A DNA stretch of 64,000 nt from Kiritimatiellia bacterium (GTDB lineage: Bacteria; Verrucomicrobiota; Kiritimatiellia; JAAZAB01): positions 96,001 to 160,000 of the forward strand of contig JAXGPF010000007.1 in the NCBI GenBank assembly GCA_040767085.1, read 5' to 3'. Positions 20,743 through 30,131 of this stretch are shown here, piece after piece. The number at the start of each line of letters is the position of its first letter. Position 1 is the stretch's first letter. The position numbers were made by a program, and so were the translations under genes. The notes under the pieces were generated by a model. It searched no databases, was not told where the DNA came from, and worked only from the letters and a program-made list of their open reading frames with translations.

Positions 20743-21117
20743 ACCGCCAAGAACGCGAAGACCGCAAAGTGGGAGGCCAGGCTCACTCATAAACAGCAAA
20801 GCAATGGGTCCAATTTCAAAAGTCTTGACCGTCGTGTTAGCCGGCCCTCCAGGAACACAAAAGCCACAGGTTTTTGGAGGGTTGGTTTACGCCCCAACCG
20901 TTCTGTGCGGACTTTTGAAATTAATTCAGTAATTATTACGCAATCTTACATCGGTAGGGCGCGCAGTCCCTTGCGCGCCGCGGCGGCCAAGGGACTGGCC
21001 GCCCTACACATTCATCAATCATCGTCCAGTCTATTATGAGAAGATTAATAAACGCATTGTCCATGAACTCCATGAATAAATTATTGCCGGCTTCGCGCCC
21101 TTCGCGCCCTTTGCGGT
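20743..21117. repeat. Nested palindromic element cluster (outer imperfect IR, inner 13-bp IR, REP doublet)
   Basis: accgccaagaacgcgaagaccgcaaag (20743-20769) vs cttcgcgcccttcgcgccctttgcggt (21091-21117); aatttcaaaagtc/gacttttgaaatt (20812-20824/20910-20922). Confidence 0.65.
20954..21007. repeat. GTAG-family REP doublet
   Basis: GTAGggcgcgcagtcccttgcgcgccg followed by inverted cggcggccaagggactggccgccCTAC. Confidence 0.8.
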
Positions 21118-22046
21118 TCATTTCCGCCTTCACTCTCGTGGAACTGATGGTCGTGCTGGCCATTATTGCCGCGCTGATGCTCCTGATGGTGCCCAATGTC
21201 CGCCGGCACCAGGCTCGGGCCCGCTCCACTCAATGCCAGAATAATCTCCGCCAATACGGCATCGCCATGGCGCAGTACCTGACTGACTGGAACGGGTATT
21301 TCATTTTTCCAGGCGGCGCCGGCGCGGGCGGCATCGGTCGTGTCAAAACCAGCGCCGATTTTGACGCCAGTGGCTATCATGACAAATCATCATACGGCGC
21401 ACGCGCCGGCAGCGGCGAAGGGCATAGTTGGGGCGATTTTGTAGCCTTATATGTGCCGGCCCCTGAAATCACCGGCGAATTCCTGCGGTCCGGACAGAAT
21501 TGCGTCCGTATCTGTCCGGAGGTCACCCGCGAAGTCTTTTTGCCGGGGGATCCCAAGCACAAGGGCTATAGCACCGTAACCAATGCATTATTAGGAGAAC
21601 TCACTTTAACTGATTTTGAAATTGATGTTTCTTCTTCCACTAATCTCTACCAGAGTTCCAGCGAAGTGTATTTTGAGGATTACTTCACTACTTACGGGAT
21701 CAACAAGATGCGTTCCGGCGAGAAAGGCCAAGCCGGAACTTTCGTGGCTTATCAACGGTTGAGCTCCAATATTCCCAGCCGCGTGGTGGCCTTTATTGAT
21801 TGGAATGCCGAAGAAGGCTGGGGGGCAAACATTGTGCCGACTGAAAATGTCTGGCAATTCGACGGCTCAAACCGCCTTGGCATCGCGGTAAAACAAGGCG
21901 ATCCCAAGGATGGCGATTGGTGGCACACCGAAATCGGTTTCTATCATCCCGGCAAGTCCAACGACCTGGTGGCGAATTACGTGGCCATGGATGGCAGCGT
22001 CCACAGCGTCAGTTCCAACGAAATCTCAACTAATTTTTTCCGCTAA
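21063..22046 (+). CDS. Prepilin-type N-terminal cleavage/methylation protein (DUF1559-like, C-terminal H-Xn-DG motif)
   Basis: SA|FTLVELMVVLAII, ARSTQCQNNLRQ, H..NYVAMDGSV; start uncertain (21036/21063/21072). Confidence 0.85.
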   Translation: MNSMNKLLPASRPSRPLRFISAFTLVELMVVLAIIAALMLLMVPNVRRHQARARSTQCQNNLRQYGIAMAQYLTDWNGYFIFPGGAGAGGIGRVKTSADFDASGYHDKSSYGARAGSGEGHSWGDFVALYVPAPEITGEFLRSGQNCVRICPEVTREVFLPGDPKHKGYSTVTNALLGELTLTDFEIDVSSSTNLYQSSSEVYFEDYFTTYGINKMRSGEKGQAGTFVAYQRLSSNIPSRVVAFIDWNAEEGWGANIVPTENVWQFDGSNRLGIAVKQGDPKDGDWWHTEIGFYHPGKSNDLVANYVAMDGSVHSVSSNEISTNFFR

Positions 22047-22104
22047 CCATGTTTTGGCAGGGCGGGCTGCGCTGGCGGCAATGCGCCCTACCTTTTATCC
22101 GGAA

Positions 22105-22132
22105 CGGCGCGCAAGGGACTGCGCGCCCTACC
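22105..22132. repeat. GTAG-family REP (reverse orientation)
   Basis: cggcgcgcaagggactgcgcgccctacc is the exact reverse complement of 20953-20980. Confidence 0.8.
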
Positions 22133-22218
22133 TTCTAATTGCCCGACACCTACCCGCCACAAAATACTGTTGCCTTTCAGCCGGGAACTACTACAATTTG
22201 ATTTGCGGGAGGGAACTT

Positions 22219-22965
22219 ATGAAACATACATTCTACAAATTCAGATCCAACGCATTCACCCTGATCGAACTGCTGGTGGTGCTGGTGGTGATATCCATCC
22301 TGGTGGCCATTACCGTGCCGGTCTCCAAGTATGCTTCTCAAAGGGCGAAAAACGCGCAGTTCGAGGTGCAGATGGCGAAAATCAAAAACGCCCTCGAGGA
22401 TTATCGCGCAAAATACGGCGAATATCCCATCACCACTAATTTTGAAACATATACGCCATCCGGCAACACAATTATAACCAATTCGGACCCACAGAACATG
22501 GATGATGTCTGGCGGCATTATCCCCAAGTATATACTACTTTATGCCATGAAGTTTACGAAAGAACCAAGTCCGATGAATTATACAAGTCGCCTGACACCT
22601 ATATAATCATTGATCAGAATATTCAAACAAACTGGCCGACTGTTGAGATCATCGAAGGCGTCCGCGTGGATTACGCCTTAACCTATCCGTTGATCTTGAA
22701 GCCCCTGGCTAACGGCGAACAGCCCTACCTGGGCGATGGCGAAGAAACGCTGTTGACCGTTGTCTCGCTGATAAGCAAGTCCATGCCCAGAAAAGACGCC
22801 GACTTAGTATTTTACTCCCGCAAAAAAGACGGCTCTCTGCGCAAGTCTATAGGCAAGCGCCGCTACGGCTGGCCCATCAACCGGCATTTTATTTTCGACC
22901 CGCGCAATGGCAAACAGATCAAGTACACCTCCGACGGGTTGAATTATTCCATCACGAATTGGTAA
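22219..22965 (+). CDS. Prepilin-type (pseudo)pilin
   Basis: NA|FTLIELLVVLVVISIL..IKNALEDYRAKYGEYP; GGAGG RBS; upstream TTGCCT-N16-TACAAT (22170-22197). Confidence 0.85.
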   Translation: MKHTFYKFRSNAFTLIELLVVLVVISILVAITVPVSKYASQRAKNAQFEVQMAKIKNALEDYRAKYGEYPITTNFETYTPSGNTIITNSDPQNMDDVWRHYPQVYTTLCHEVYERTKSDELYKSPDTYIIIDQNIQTNWPTVEIIEGVRVDYALTYPLILKPLANGEQPYLGDGEETLLTVVSLISKSMPRKDADLVFYSRKKDGSLRKSIGKRRYGWPINRHFIFDPRNGKQIKYTSDGLNYSITNW

Positions 22966-22986
22966 CAGAAAGGATCCCGGCTCGCT

Positions 22987-23508
22987 ATGAATCGTGCCCA
23001 TGCCAATCCCCTCCGCGCCGGTTTTACGCTTTTGGAACTGCTGGTCACGGTGTCCATCCTGGCGATCCTGATGGGATTGATTGTCCCGGTATTTTCGCAC
23101 ATGAAGCAGAACGCCCGCATCGCCGCCGATAAAGTCACCGCCAAAAACCTGGAAACCGCTTTCCGCGCTTACCTGGATCATTACAGCACTTGGCCGAGTT
23201 CCATCGGCGCGAATGAAAAAAATATTGAAGGCGATTTATATGAAATGCTCCGCGGCGATAAAGGCCCCTATAACCAGGATGGCATCAATTTCTACGAGTT
23301 TTCCAATACCAATACCGGCGACAAAGCCGTGGATTCTTTCTGGGATCCGAACGAACCCGATAATGAACGCGTTTTCCGTGCCCAGTTCGATCATGATTAC
23401 GACAATACCATCAGCCACGCCGGCGGCGATATTCAACGCCCGGTGATCGTTTGGGGCGTGGGGCCGGATGGCAAAAACGGCACGGCGGACGATATCACCA
23501 GTTGGTGA
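22987..23508 (+). CDS. GspG-like pseudopilin
   Basis: AG|FTLLELLVTVSIL; C-terminal WGVGPDGKNGTADDITSW typical of T2SS G proteins. Confidence 0.85.
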   Translation: MNRAHANPLRAGFTLLELLVTVSILAILMGLIVPVFSHMKQNARIAADKVTAKNLETAFRAYLDHYSTWPSSIGANEKNIEGDLYEMLRGDKGPYNQDGINFYEFSNTNTGDKAVDSFWDPNEPDNERVFRAQFDHDYDNTISHAGGDIQRPVIVWGVGPDGKNGTADDITSW

Positions 23509-23536
23509 TTGGCTCGCGGCTCATATTCCTGTTGCT

Positions 23537-26500
23537 TTAAATTGAGCCGCTGACTGCATTCTCTCCGGCATCCGGCAGCGGCTGGTAATCCCAGGGCAAG
23601 TCCGGTTCGAAATAAAACTCCGGCCGGCCCAGCGCAAAAAATGGCGGCAAATTGACGGCTCGCACGCGCCGGTTGTGTTCCGGCTCTAACCGCCAGAGGC
23701 CGGGCCGGTCGCCCGGCAAATCCACCCAGCCGCTCAGCACCGCGCCGCCGCGCCAGGGCAGCCCGGCGGGATCGAAAAAGCGCGCGCCGCCTTCCACCAG
23801 CAGGCGCGGCTGGCGCGCCGGATCGGATTCCGGCAACAGCCGGAAATACACCGGCAGGGCCGGTCGTAAATCCGGCAACCGCCAACCTTGCGGCGCATAA
23901 ATCACCAGCGGCAACGGCTGGTCGGCCAATACCAGGTGAAAACCCGGCAAGGCGGAGGCAATCGCATAATCCACTCCGGGCGCTGCCAGCGGTAAATGCA
24001 CCCGGGCCATCCCGCGCTGCGGCTCGGAGACGGTTACCTGGTCGCTGCCCGGGCGGCCGCCTGTCAGCGGCCAGACGGTTAAACGGCCCCCTATCGTTGG
24101 CCCGTTGGTTGCGGATTGAATGCCCACATCCACCGGGCGCCCGTGCGGCTTGCGGAGCGCAATCCGGCAGGGCTGGTCGCAAGCGTCAAAAGCGAGCCAG
24201 GCAGGAGTCGGCGTTTGCGCCGCCAAGTGCCGTTCGAGCACATCCATCATCATGGGCATGCCCGCCATGGCCGAAAACATATCCGGCGGGTGGATTTCGC
24301 CAGCCGCGGCATCGACTTGCGCACAAGCCCGGCGCATCTGGAAATCCAGCGCCGCGGCAATGTCGGAGCGCCGGGTTTCGTCATAAAAAAACACGCCCAA
24401 CCGCCCCAGTGACGCCGACATCGAATCGTTGGGCAAGACGCCAAGTCCCGTGTTCCACACATAATCGCCCAGCCGGCGGGCCATGGCCCGGTAACGCGGC
24501 GCGCCGGTAATTTCCCAGGCATCCAGCAAGGCGCCGGCATCTTCGTTGAGCATGTGATAGCTGCCGCTGCATTCCAGGCGCGGCCGGCGCTTGGCGAGGC
24601 CGGTATCCGCCGCGGGATTATGGACCAGGCGCCCGACCTCATGCGCCAGGAAACGCAATTCAGGATCCCAATCGCAGGCATAGGCCTGCGCCAGAACTTT
24701 CAGCGTCATCAGGACACGGCCGCCGGAAACCTGCCGCCGGTCATTGAGCAATTCCTCAGTGGATATCGCCGGGCGCCAGCAGGCTTTCAACCCCTCGCCA
24801 AAGGCGCGCCAGGCATCCGCGCCGCGGCGGCAACCGCCGATCTGATACAGCCATTGAAACTGCAGCAGGTCGGTTGCCCCGCCCGCAATACAAGCGGTGC
24901 GATCGCCCCAGTAAAACGGCAGACCGCCGGCGCCCATGTCCAAAGTTGCGGCCTGACCGGCGTTATAGAGGCCGGGCGTTTTGCGCGGGGCCTGCCAATG
25001 GCACAGGCCATGATCAAGATAAGCGCGGGTAGCGGCTTCGACAAAATCACGCAAATCCCGGTGCCAGTCGCGGACGCAAGCCAGCCACAGGTCCCGGCGC
25101 AGGATGTAGTCACGGTCAGGCGCCGCGACACTGGAACCCGGGCTGTGGAAATAATTCACGAATCCATACCAGCCGTCGGCGGCCGATCCGCCTGGCAGGC
25201 GGCTGCGCCAGAGCGACTCGATCATTGCTTCCGCCGCGGTATATTTGTCCGGGTGCCGCGGATATACGGCGCCCATCGTCCGCGACTGGTAAATCCAATC
25301 CGGGGCCGCCTGGGCATAAACGGGGAAGGCCAGCAAATGGGACAATCGCGCCGCGGCCGCGGGCAGCGCTTCCGGCAATTGCGCCGGCGCCAGCGGCGCG
25401 ATCAGGATTTCATGGGTTTTGGCCCAACCGGCCGCCTGGATGTCCATTGCGGCAATCGCCTCCAGCGGATCGCGCGCATAAAGCTTGCGGTAACGCTCGC
25501 GCTGATCCGGCGGGTACCACGCCTCCAGGTTCCATTGGCGGACGAGCGTGTCCGCCCGGAAGTCCAGTTCTTCGCCTGCGCGGTTGCTGAAAAGGCGCAA
25601 CACCACGCGGTCAGGCCGGATTTCAAATTCCTTGGGATGCTGCCGCGCGCTTTCGCGGCAGGCCAGCATGAGACCGCCGGCGGGACCATCCAGCATGGCC
25701 CAGTCGCCCATTTCGGCGCCGGTATGAACCGCGGCCGGCGCCGCTTCGGCACTTTCATGCATTACCAGGCAATGATTGGTGCCACCGTAAATCCGGTAAT
25801 GACTGGCTTGCAGCATGTAGGCCGCGGCGCCGGGCGACGCCAATGGCAATACAACCACCCGGTCGGGATTGGCTCGTTCCACGCCGAAACTGGCCCGCGG
25901 CACGGCGGCGCCTCTGTCAGAGCCCGCGATGGAGGCGTCCAATTCCCACCCGATTTCCTTGAACCATGTGGTCCTGGTATCGGCGGAAAGCACCAGGGTA
26001 TGCGTAATCCTGGCCGCCGCCTGCCCGGCAAAAAATTCCAGGCGGGTGATATGACGCGCCAGCGGCGCCCCGCCGTGGGCTTCGTCGCGGTAATACCCCT
26101 CAAAACGCACACATGCCGCCACCGGCCCGCGCGCTTCGATTTGCATGGCGTTGTCCCGCGCCGCCTGGCCCAGGCGGCCATCCTGCGTCACGACATACAA
26201 TCCCCGGGATTGCGGCCCGCAAAAGGCCAGCCGCCGCCCATTCAAGAGGAACACTTCCTGCACCGGCGATTTTCCCGGTCCCAGCACGTAACGCGCCATA
26301 CCAGTATCCACCGTCACAGTCCCTTTTTTATCGAGCAGCCGCACCGGCATGGACGGGACCGCGCGGCTGGGCGAAAATTCCACGCGGCAGCCTTCCGGCG
26401 GGGACGCCAAAGCATCGAAGCGCACCCACTGGATGGCGCCATCTTCCGCCCACCGGCCCGTGATTTCCTTCTGGCATGACAGTTCCACACCCGCATCGTT

Positions 26501-27919
26501 CACCAGGCGCAAGGCATCCAAATCCCAGAGAGCGCCGGGCGCAAACGGCACGCCAAACGACACCGGCCAGTCGCGCAACGCCGTAATGCCCGGCGGCGCA
26601 TCCAGGATCACGGGAATCCGGCCGCTGAGCGGCGCCGGCGGCGCGGAGGCGGTTGCGGTAGTTTCCACCGCGCCCAACAGCCGCCGGCCGGCACGCAATT
26701 CCACGCGCAACCGGATTGGCGCCGGCCCATGCCGCCGCATATCCGCCCGCAGCCACCCCCATTCGGAATCCGCCCCGACGGCAATTTCCGCCTGCCGGCG
26801 CCCGGAATGCGTGTCATAAAGCCAGGCGTAAACCGTCAAGGCCTCGGACGGCTGGCCCGCCGGACGCAAATCCAGGAAAAAATCCAACCAACGCTCGCCG
26901 GGACGCGCCGCGGACCGATCGGCAAAAAGCACAAACGCCCCGCACTCCGCCACGCAAATCCGATCGGTCTGCCTGGCATAAGCCTCCGCCCAGACGGAAA
27001 AGTCGCATGCCAGACCGTCAGCTTCCCGGGCCGGGCGCGGTGTTTCCGCCGCCGCATCCAGCCGGCGCTGCGCCGCCAAACGCAGATGCATCGGCGCGGC
27101 GGGCATTGCCGCCAGGGTGCGCCAATCGCTTTCTGCTTCGCGCTTCCGCCCATCGGCCTGCCAGGCCTCGGCCCGGCCGAACAGGGCGGCGGCATGCGCC
27201 GCCGCCGTGGATTCAGGATTATTCAAGTTGATGTCCAGCACCAGGGTATAAAAATCTCGCGCCGCGGCGCCTCTCTGCCGGCGCAAGGCCAGGCGCCCCA
27301 GCAGCAGCCGGGTTGCCGCGCCATCCTCCGGTTTCAGGCCCCAGACCGCCAGCGCGCCCTGCAAATACTGCTCGGCGGCGGCATCGTCGTCTTCTTCCAG
27401 GGCCATCCGCCCCAGGCAATGCAATGCTTTGCCGAGATATTCCGGGGTAGCGTCCGGCATTTCCAGAACCTTGACCAGCGCCGGCGCAGCCAGCGCGTCG
27501 CCTGCTAGCATATAAAGCCGGCCGACATGAAATTGCGCTTCCGCGCGGTACATTGGCGGCGTTTCTGGCGCTTCCGCGACGGCGGCACACCAGGTGCGGG
27601 CGCCGGGCCAATCGCCCTCCATCTCCGCGATGCGGCCCAGGTGCAGACGGGCTTCCGCCGCCGCAGCCGCCGGCAATTCGGCATCAGCCAATACTTCGTA
27701 AAAAGCATCCGCCGCCTGGGGATATTCGCCGCGCTGGAACAAGGCCTGCCCTTCCGCCAACAGCGTGACCGATTGCTGCATTTCAGTCATACCAACGGCC
27801 GCCGCGGAAGTTGGCCGCCCGCGCGACACGGGGATGGTCGGTATAGCCGCATGTTCATCCGCCACCGCCGTCAACGCCAGCACCGTCGGCAACATTCCGC
27901 GCAAAAGCAAATGCCGCAT
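23537..27919 (-). CDS. Secreted TPR-repeat protein with PcRGLX/YetA-like (exo-rhamnogalacturonan lyase-like) region
   Basis: Signal peptide, N-terminal TPR-like helices, then WPVSFGVPFAPGAL..RL..Q..GRWAEDGAIQW and GPVAACVRFEG; function inferred. Confidence 0.6.
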   Translation of the reverse strand: MRHLLLRGMLPTVLALTAVADEHAAIPTIPVSRGRPTSAAAVGMTEMQQSVTLLAEGQALFQRGEYPQAADAFYEVLADAELPAAAAAEARLHLGRIAEMEGDWPGARTWCAAVAEAPETPPMYRAEAQFHVGRLYMLAGDALAAPALVKVLEMPDATPEYLGKALHCLGRMALEEDDDAAAEQYLQGALAVWGLKPEDGAATRLLLGRLALRRQRGAAARDFYTLVLDINLNNPESTAAAHAAALFGRAEAWQADGRKREAESDWRTLAAMPAAPMHLRLAAQRRLDAAAETPRPAREADGLACDFSVWAEAYARQTDRICVAECGAFVLFADRSAARPGERWLDFFLDLRPAGQPSEALTVYAWLYDTHSGRRQAEIAVGADSEWGWLRADMRRHGPAPIRLRVELRAGRRLLGAVETTATASAPPAPLSGRIPVILDAPPGITALRDWPVSFGVPFAPGALWDLDALRLVNDAGVELSCQKEITGRWAEDGAIQWVRFDALASPPEGCRVEFSPSRAVPSMPVRLLDKKGTVTVDTGMARYVLGPGKSPVQEVFLLNGRRLAFCGPQSRGLYVVTQDGRLGQAARDNAMQIEARGPVAACVRFEGYYRDEAHGGAPLARHITRLEFFAGQAAARITHTLVLSADTRTTWFKEIGWELDASIAGSDRGAAVPRASFGVERANPDRVVVLPLASPGAAAYMLQASHYRIYGGTNHCLVMHESAEAAPAAVHTGAEMGDWAMLDGPAGGLMLACRESARQHPKEFEIRPDRVVLRLFSNRAGEELDFRADTLVRQWNLEAWYPPDQRERYRKLYARDPLEAIAAMDIQAAGWAKTHEILIAPLAPAQLPEALPAAAARLSHLLAFPVYAQAAPDWIYQSRTMGAVYPRHPDKYTAAEAMIESLWRSRLPGGSAADGWYGFVNYFHSPGSSVAAPDRDYILRRDLWLACVRDWHRDLRDFVEAATRAYLDHGLCHWQAPRKTPGLYNAGQAATLDMGAGGLPFYWGDRTACIAGGATDLLQFQWLYQIGGCRRGADAWRAFGEGLKACWRPAISTEELLNDRRQVSGGRVLMTLKVLAQAYACDWDPELRFLAHEVGRLVHNPAADTGLAKRRPRLECSGSYHMLNEDAGALLDAWEITGAPRYRAMARRLGDYVWNTGLGVLPNDSMSASLGRLGVFFYDETRRSDIAAALDFQMRRACAQVDAAAGEIHPPDMFSAMAGMPMMMDVLERHLAAQTPTPAWLAFDACDQPCRIALRKPHGRPVDVGIQSATNGPTIGGRLTVWPLTGGRPGSDQVTVSEPQRGMARVHLPLAAPGVDYAIASALPGFHLVLADQPLPLVIYAPQGWRLPDLRPALPVYFRLLPESDPARQPRLLVEGGARFFDPAGLPWRGGAVLSGWVDLPGDRPGLWRLEPEHNRRVRAVNLPPFFALGRPEFYFEPDLPWDYQPLPDAGENAVSGSI

Positions 27920-28042
27920 AAAATCCACGCCTTTCTGTCTCAACACATTGCCGCCATGGTTTTACGCCGTCAATCTAGTGTGTGTTATGCAACATTGCAA
28001 GCCGGAAGCGCACGGCGGGCGCTGCCGGGACGCCACTACAGC

Positions 28043-28153
28043 TCCGGATGCGCCACGCAGTGGCGCCACTACAATTTAATCCTGTAGCGGCCCGGCTTTG
28101 CCGGGCGTCCCATCCGGATGCGCCACATCCTGCTTCGTCGGACTACGCAGGGC
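28043..28153. repeat. REP cluster with inserted mini-hairpin
   Basis: atgcgccacgcagtggcgccactacaatt (28048-28076) is identical to 30311-30339; GTAGcggcccggctttgccgggcg at 28084; atcctgcttcgtcggactacgcagggc at 28127. Confidence 0.75.
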
Positions 28154-28252
28154 AAGACCCGGCGCACGACAGTCGGAATGCTGTCCCCCTTCCCCGCCTG
28201 GCGTTAAAATTGCGCTTGCCTTAGGCAATGCCGGCCGATATTGTTTAACGGC

Positions 28253-29425
28253 ATGAAACCTTTAGAAGCGAGGCCCCATATCCGCGCCATCATCAGGGAA
28301 AACCAGGATGCGATCCTGGCCCTGCTGGCGGAGATGGTTAACACCAACAGTTTTTCGCACAACTCCGCCGGCATTAACCGCGTCGGTGAAATGGTGCGGG
28401 AAGCGATGCCGCCCGGATTTAACCATTCCTGCACCGCCAACGCCGCCGGCGTCAACCACCATGTTTACACGCAACCCATCAGCCGCCGGCCGGCGATCGT
28501 GCTGGCCGGCCACCTGGACACGCTGTGCCCGCCCGATCCGTCGTTCGACCGGCTGCGGGAAGACGGGGACCTGCTCCGCGGCCCCGGCGTGAATGACATG
28601 AAAGGCGGGGATGTTGTGCTGATCTGGGCCCTGAAGGTCCTGCACCTGTGCGGCGCCCTGTCCCAGATGCCCATTACCTGCATCTTCAACGGCGACGAAG
28701 AATTGGGTTCGCCGACATCGCATGCGCTTTTCACGGGAATGCGCGGGGCCGCCTGGGCGCTGGTTTTCGAATGCGGCGGCCCGGCCGACACGGTTGTGAC
28801 AACCCGCAAGGGGGTGGCGCGTTACCGGCTGCGCATCAGCGGCAAACCGAATCATTTCGGCAATCTCCAGGAAGCCAAGGTCAGCGCAATCGAGGAACTG
28901 GCGCATAAAATCCTGGCCGTGGAAGCCATGAACCTGGCCGACCGGAGCGTGGCGGCCAACGTGGGCCGGATCGAGGGCGGCCTGGCGGCGAACGCCGTGG
29001 CGGAGGAGGCGGCCATGGACTGCGAGGTCCGCTATTGGAATCCCGCGCTGGAACCGAAAGTCATCCGCGCAATTGAACAACTGTCCGCCCATAACCGGGT
29101 GCCCGGCTGCCGCTCCTCCCTGGAACAACTTTCATACCGGCCTCCCATGCGGCCCGGCGCCGATGCCATGCGCCTTTTCGAATTGATTGCCGCGCGGGGA
29201 CGCGTCCTGGGGATGCAGATCATCGAAGAAAAACGCGGCGGAGTATCCGATGCCTGCTGGCTGGCGCATGCCGGCATCCCAGTAATTGACGGGCTCGGTC
29301 CCCTGGGCGACCATGATTTTACGCCCCGGGAATACATCCGCAAAGACACGCTTTTCAGCCGCATAGAACTGGCGGCCAACCTGCTGCTGGACTTGCAGGA
29401 GGCAAACGGCGGCCGCGGCACTTGA
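28253..29425 (+). CDS. M20 family metallopeptidase (glutamate carboxypeptidase-like)
   Basis: AGHLDT, GPGVNDMKGG, GDEELGS, FECG, GGVSDA, DGLGP. Confidence 0.88.
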   Translation: MKPLEARPHIRAIIRENQDAILALLAEMVNTNSFSHNSAGINRVGEMVREAMPPGFNHSCTANAAGVNHHVYTQPISRRPAIVLAGHLDTLCPPDPSFDRLREDGDLLRGPGVNDMKGGDVVLIWALKVLHLCGALSQMPITCIFNGDEELGSPTSHALFTGMRGAAWALVFECGGPADTVVTTRKGVARYRLRISGKPNHFGNLQEAKVSAIEELAHKILAVEAMNLADRSVAANVGRIEGGLAANAVAEEAAMDCEVRYWNPALEPKVIRAIEQLSAHNRVPGCRSSLEQLSYRPPMRPGADAMRLFELIAARGRVLGMQIIEEKRGGVSDACWLAHAGIPVIDGLGPLGDHDFTPREYIRKDTLFSRIELAANLLLDLQEANGGRGT

Positions 29426-29434
29426 ACTGCCGGG

Positions 29435-30040
29435 TTACTGCTTGGCCTTGGCGTTGTCAGTTTGTTTTTCTTCCGGCAAGGAAAAGCCGACCGGCCAAAT
29501 AGTCCGATCGAGTTTCACGCCGGTCAGGACGGCATCTTTCAGAACCGCCCCCGTGAGGTCCGCCCCGGTAAGATCGGCCTCCGTCAAATCCGCCTTGGTT
29601 AAATCCGCCCCAATCAAAAAAGCATTGGCCAACACCGCTCCCGCCAGGCAGGCATTTTTCAAGTTGGCATTATAAAGCGCGGCGCCGGTAAGGTCCGCGC
29701 CGCGCATAATCGCCCCGTCCAGATTGGCATTGCTCAAATCCGCCCGGATCATGATGGCGCCGTTGAAAATTGTCTTTTTCAGGCTGGCCTGGTTGAGATT
29801 GGCGGAAAGCAGGTTGACATTGCTCAAATCGGCGCCATCGAGCTTGGCCAAACGCAAATCCTTGTTAAAACTGTTGCTGCGGGCCAGGGCTATGCATTCC
29901 TCGCGCGTCATTTTATCCGCGCCGGGGCGCAGGGTGCTGATACCCATTTTGCTACCCTTGCGGACCTGGGCCGCCGCATCCCAAGCCGGCATCATCAAGG
30001 CCATGGCCATGCCCAACGTGAATATCAATTTATAGTTCAT
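29435..30040 (-). CDS. Secreted pentapeptide-repeat protein
   Basis: Signal peptide (..WDAAAQ) followed by tandem A(D/N)Lxx repeats. Confidence 0.85.
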   Translation of the reverse strand: MNYKLIFTLGMAMALMMPAWDAAAQVRKGSKMGISTLRPGADKMTREECIALARSNSFNKDLRLAKLDGADLSNVNLLSANLNQASLKKTIFNGAIMIRADLSNANLDGAIMRGADLTGAALYNANLKNACLAGAVLANAFLIGADLTKADLTEADLTGADLTGAVLKDAVLTGVKLDRTIWPVGFSLPEEKQTDNAKAKQ

Positions 30041-30131
30041 ATGTTCCAGTATAAAACTTCCACCAGCAAAAGCAATGGGAAAATCCCGGATATGTGGAAA
30101 AACCGCAGGGTTGCCTCATTCTCGGGAAAGA

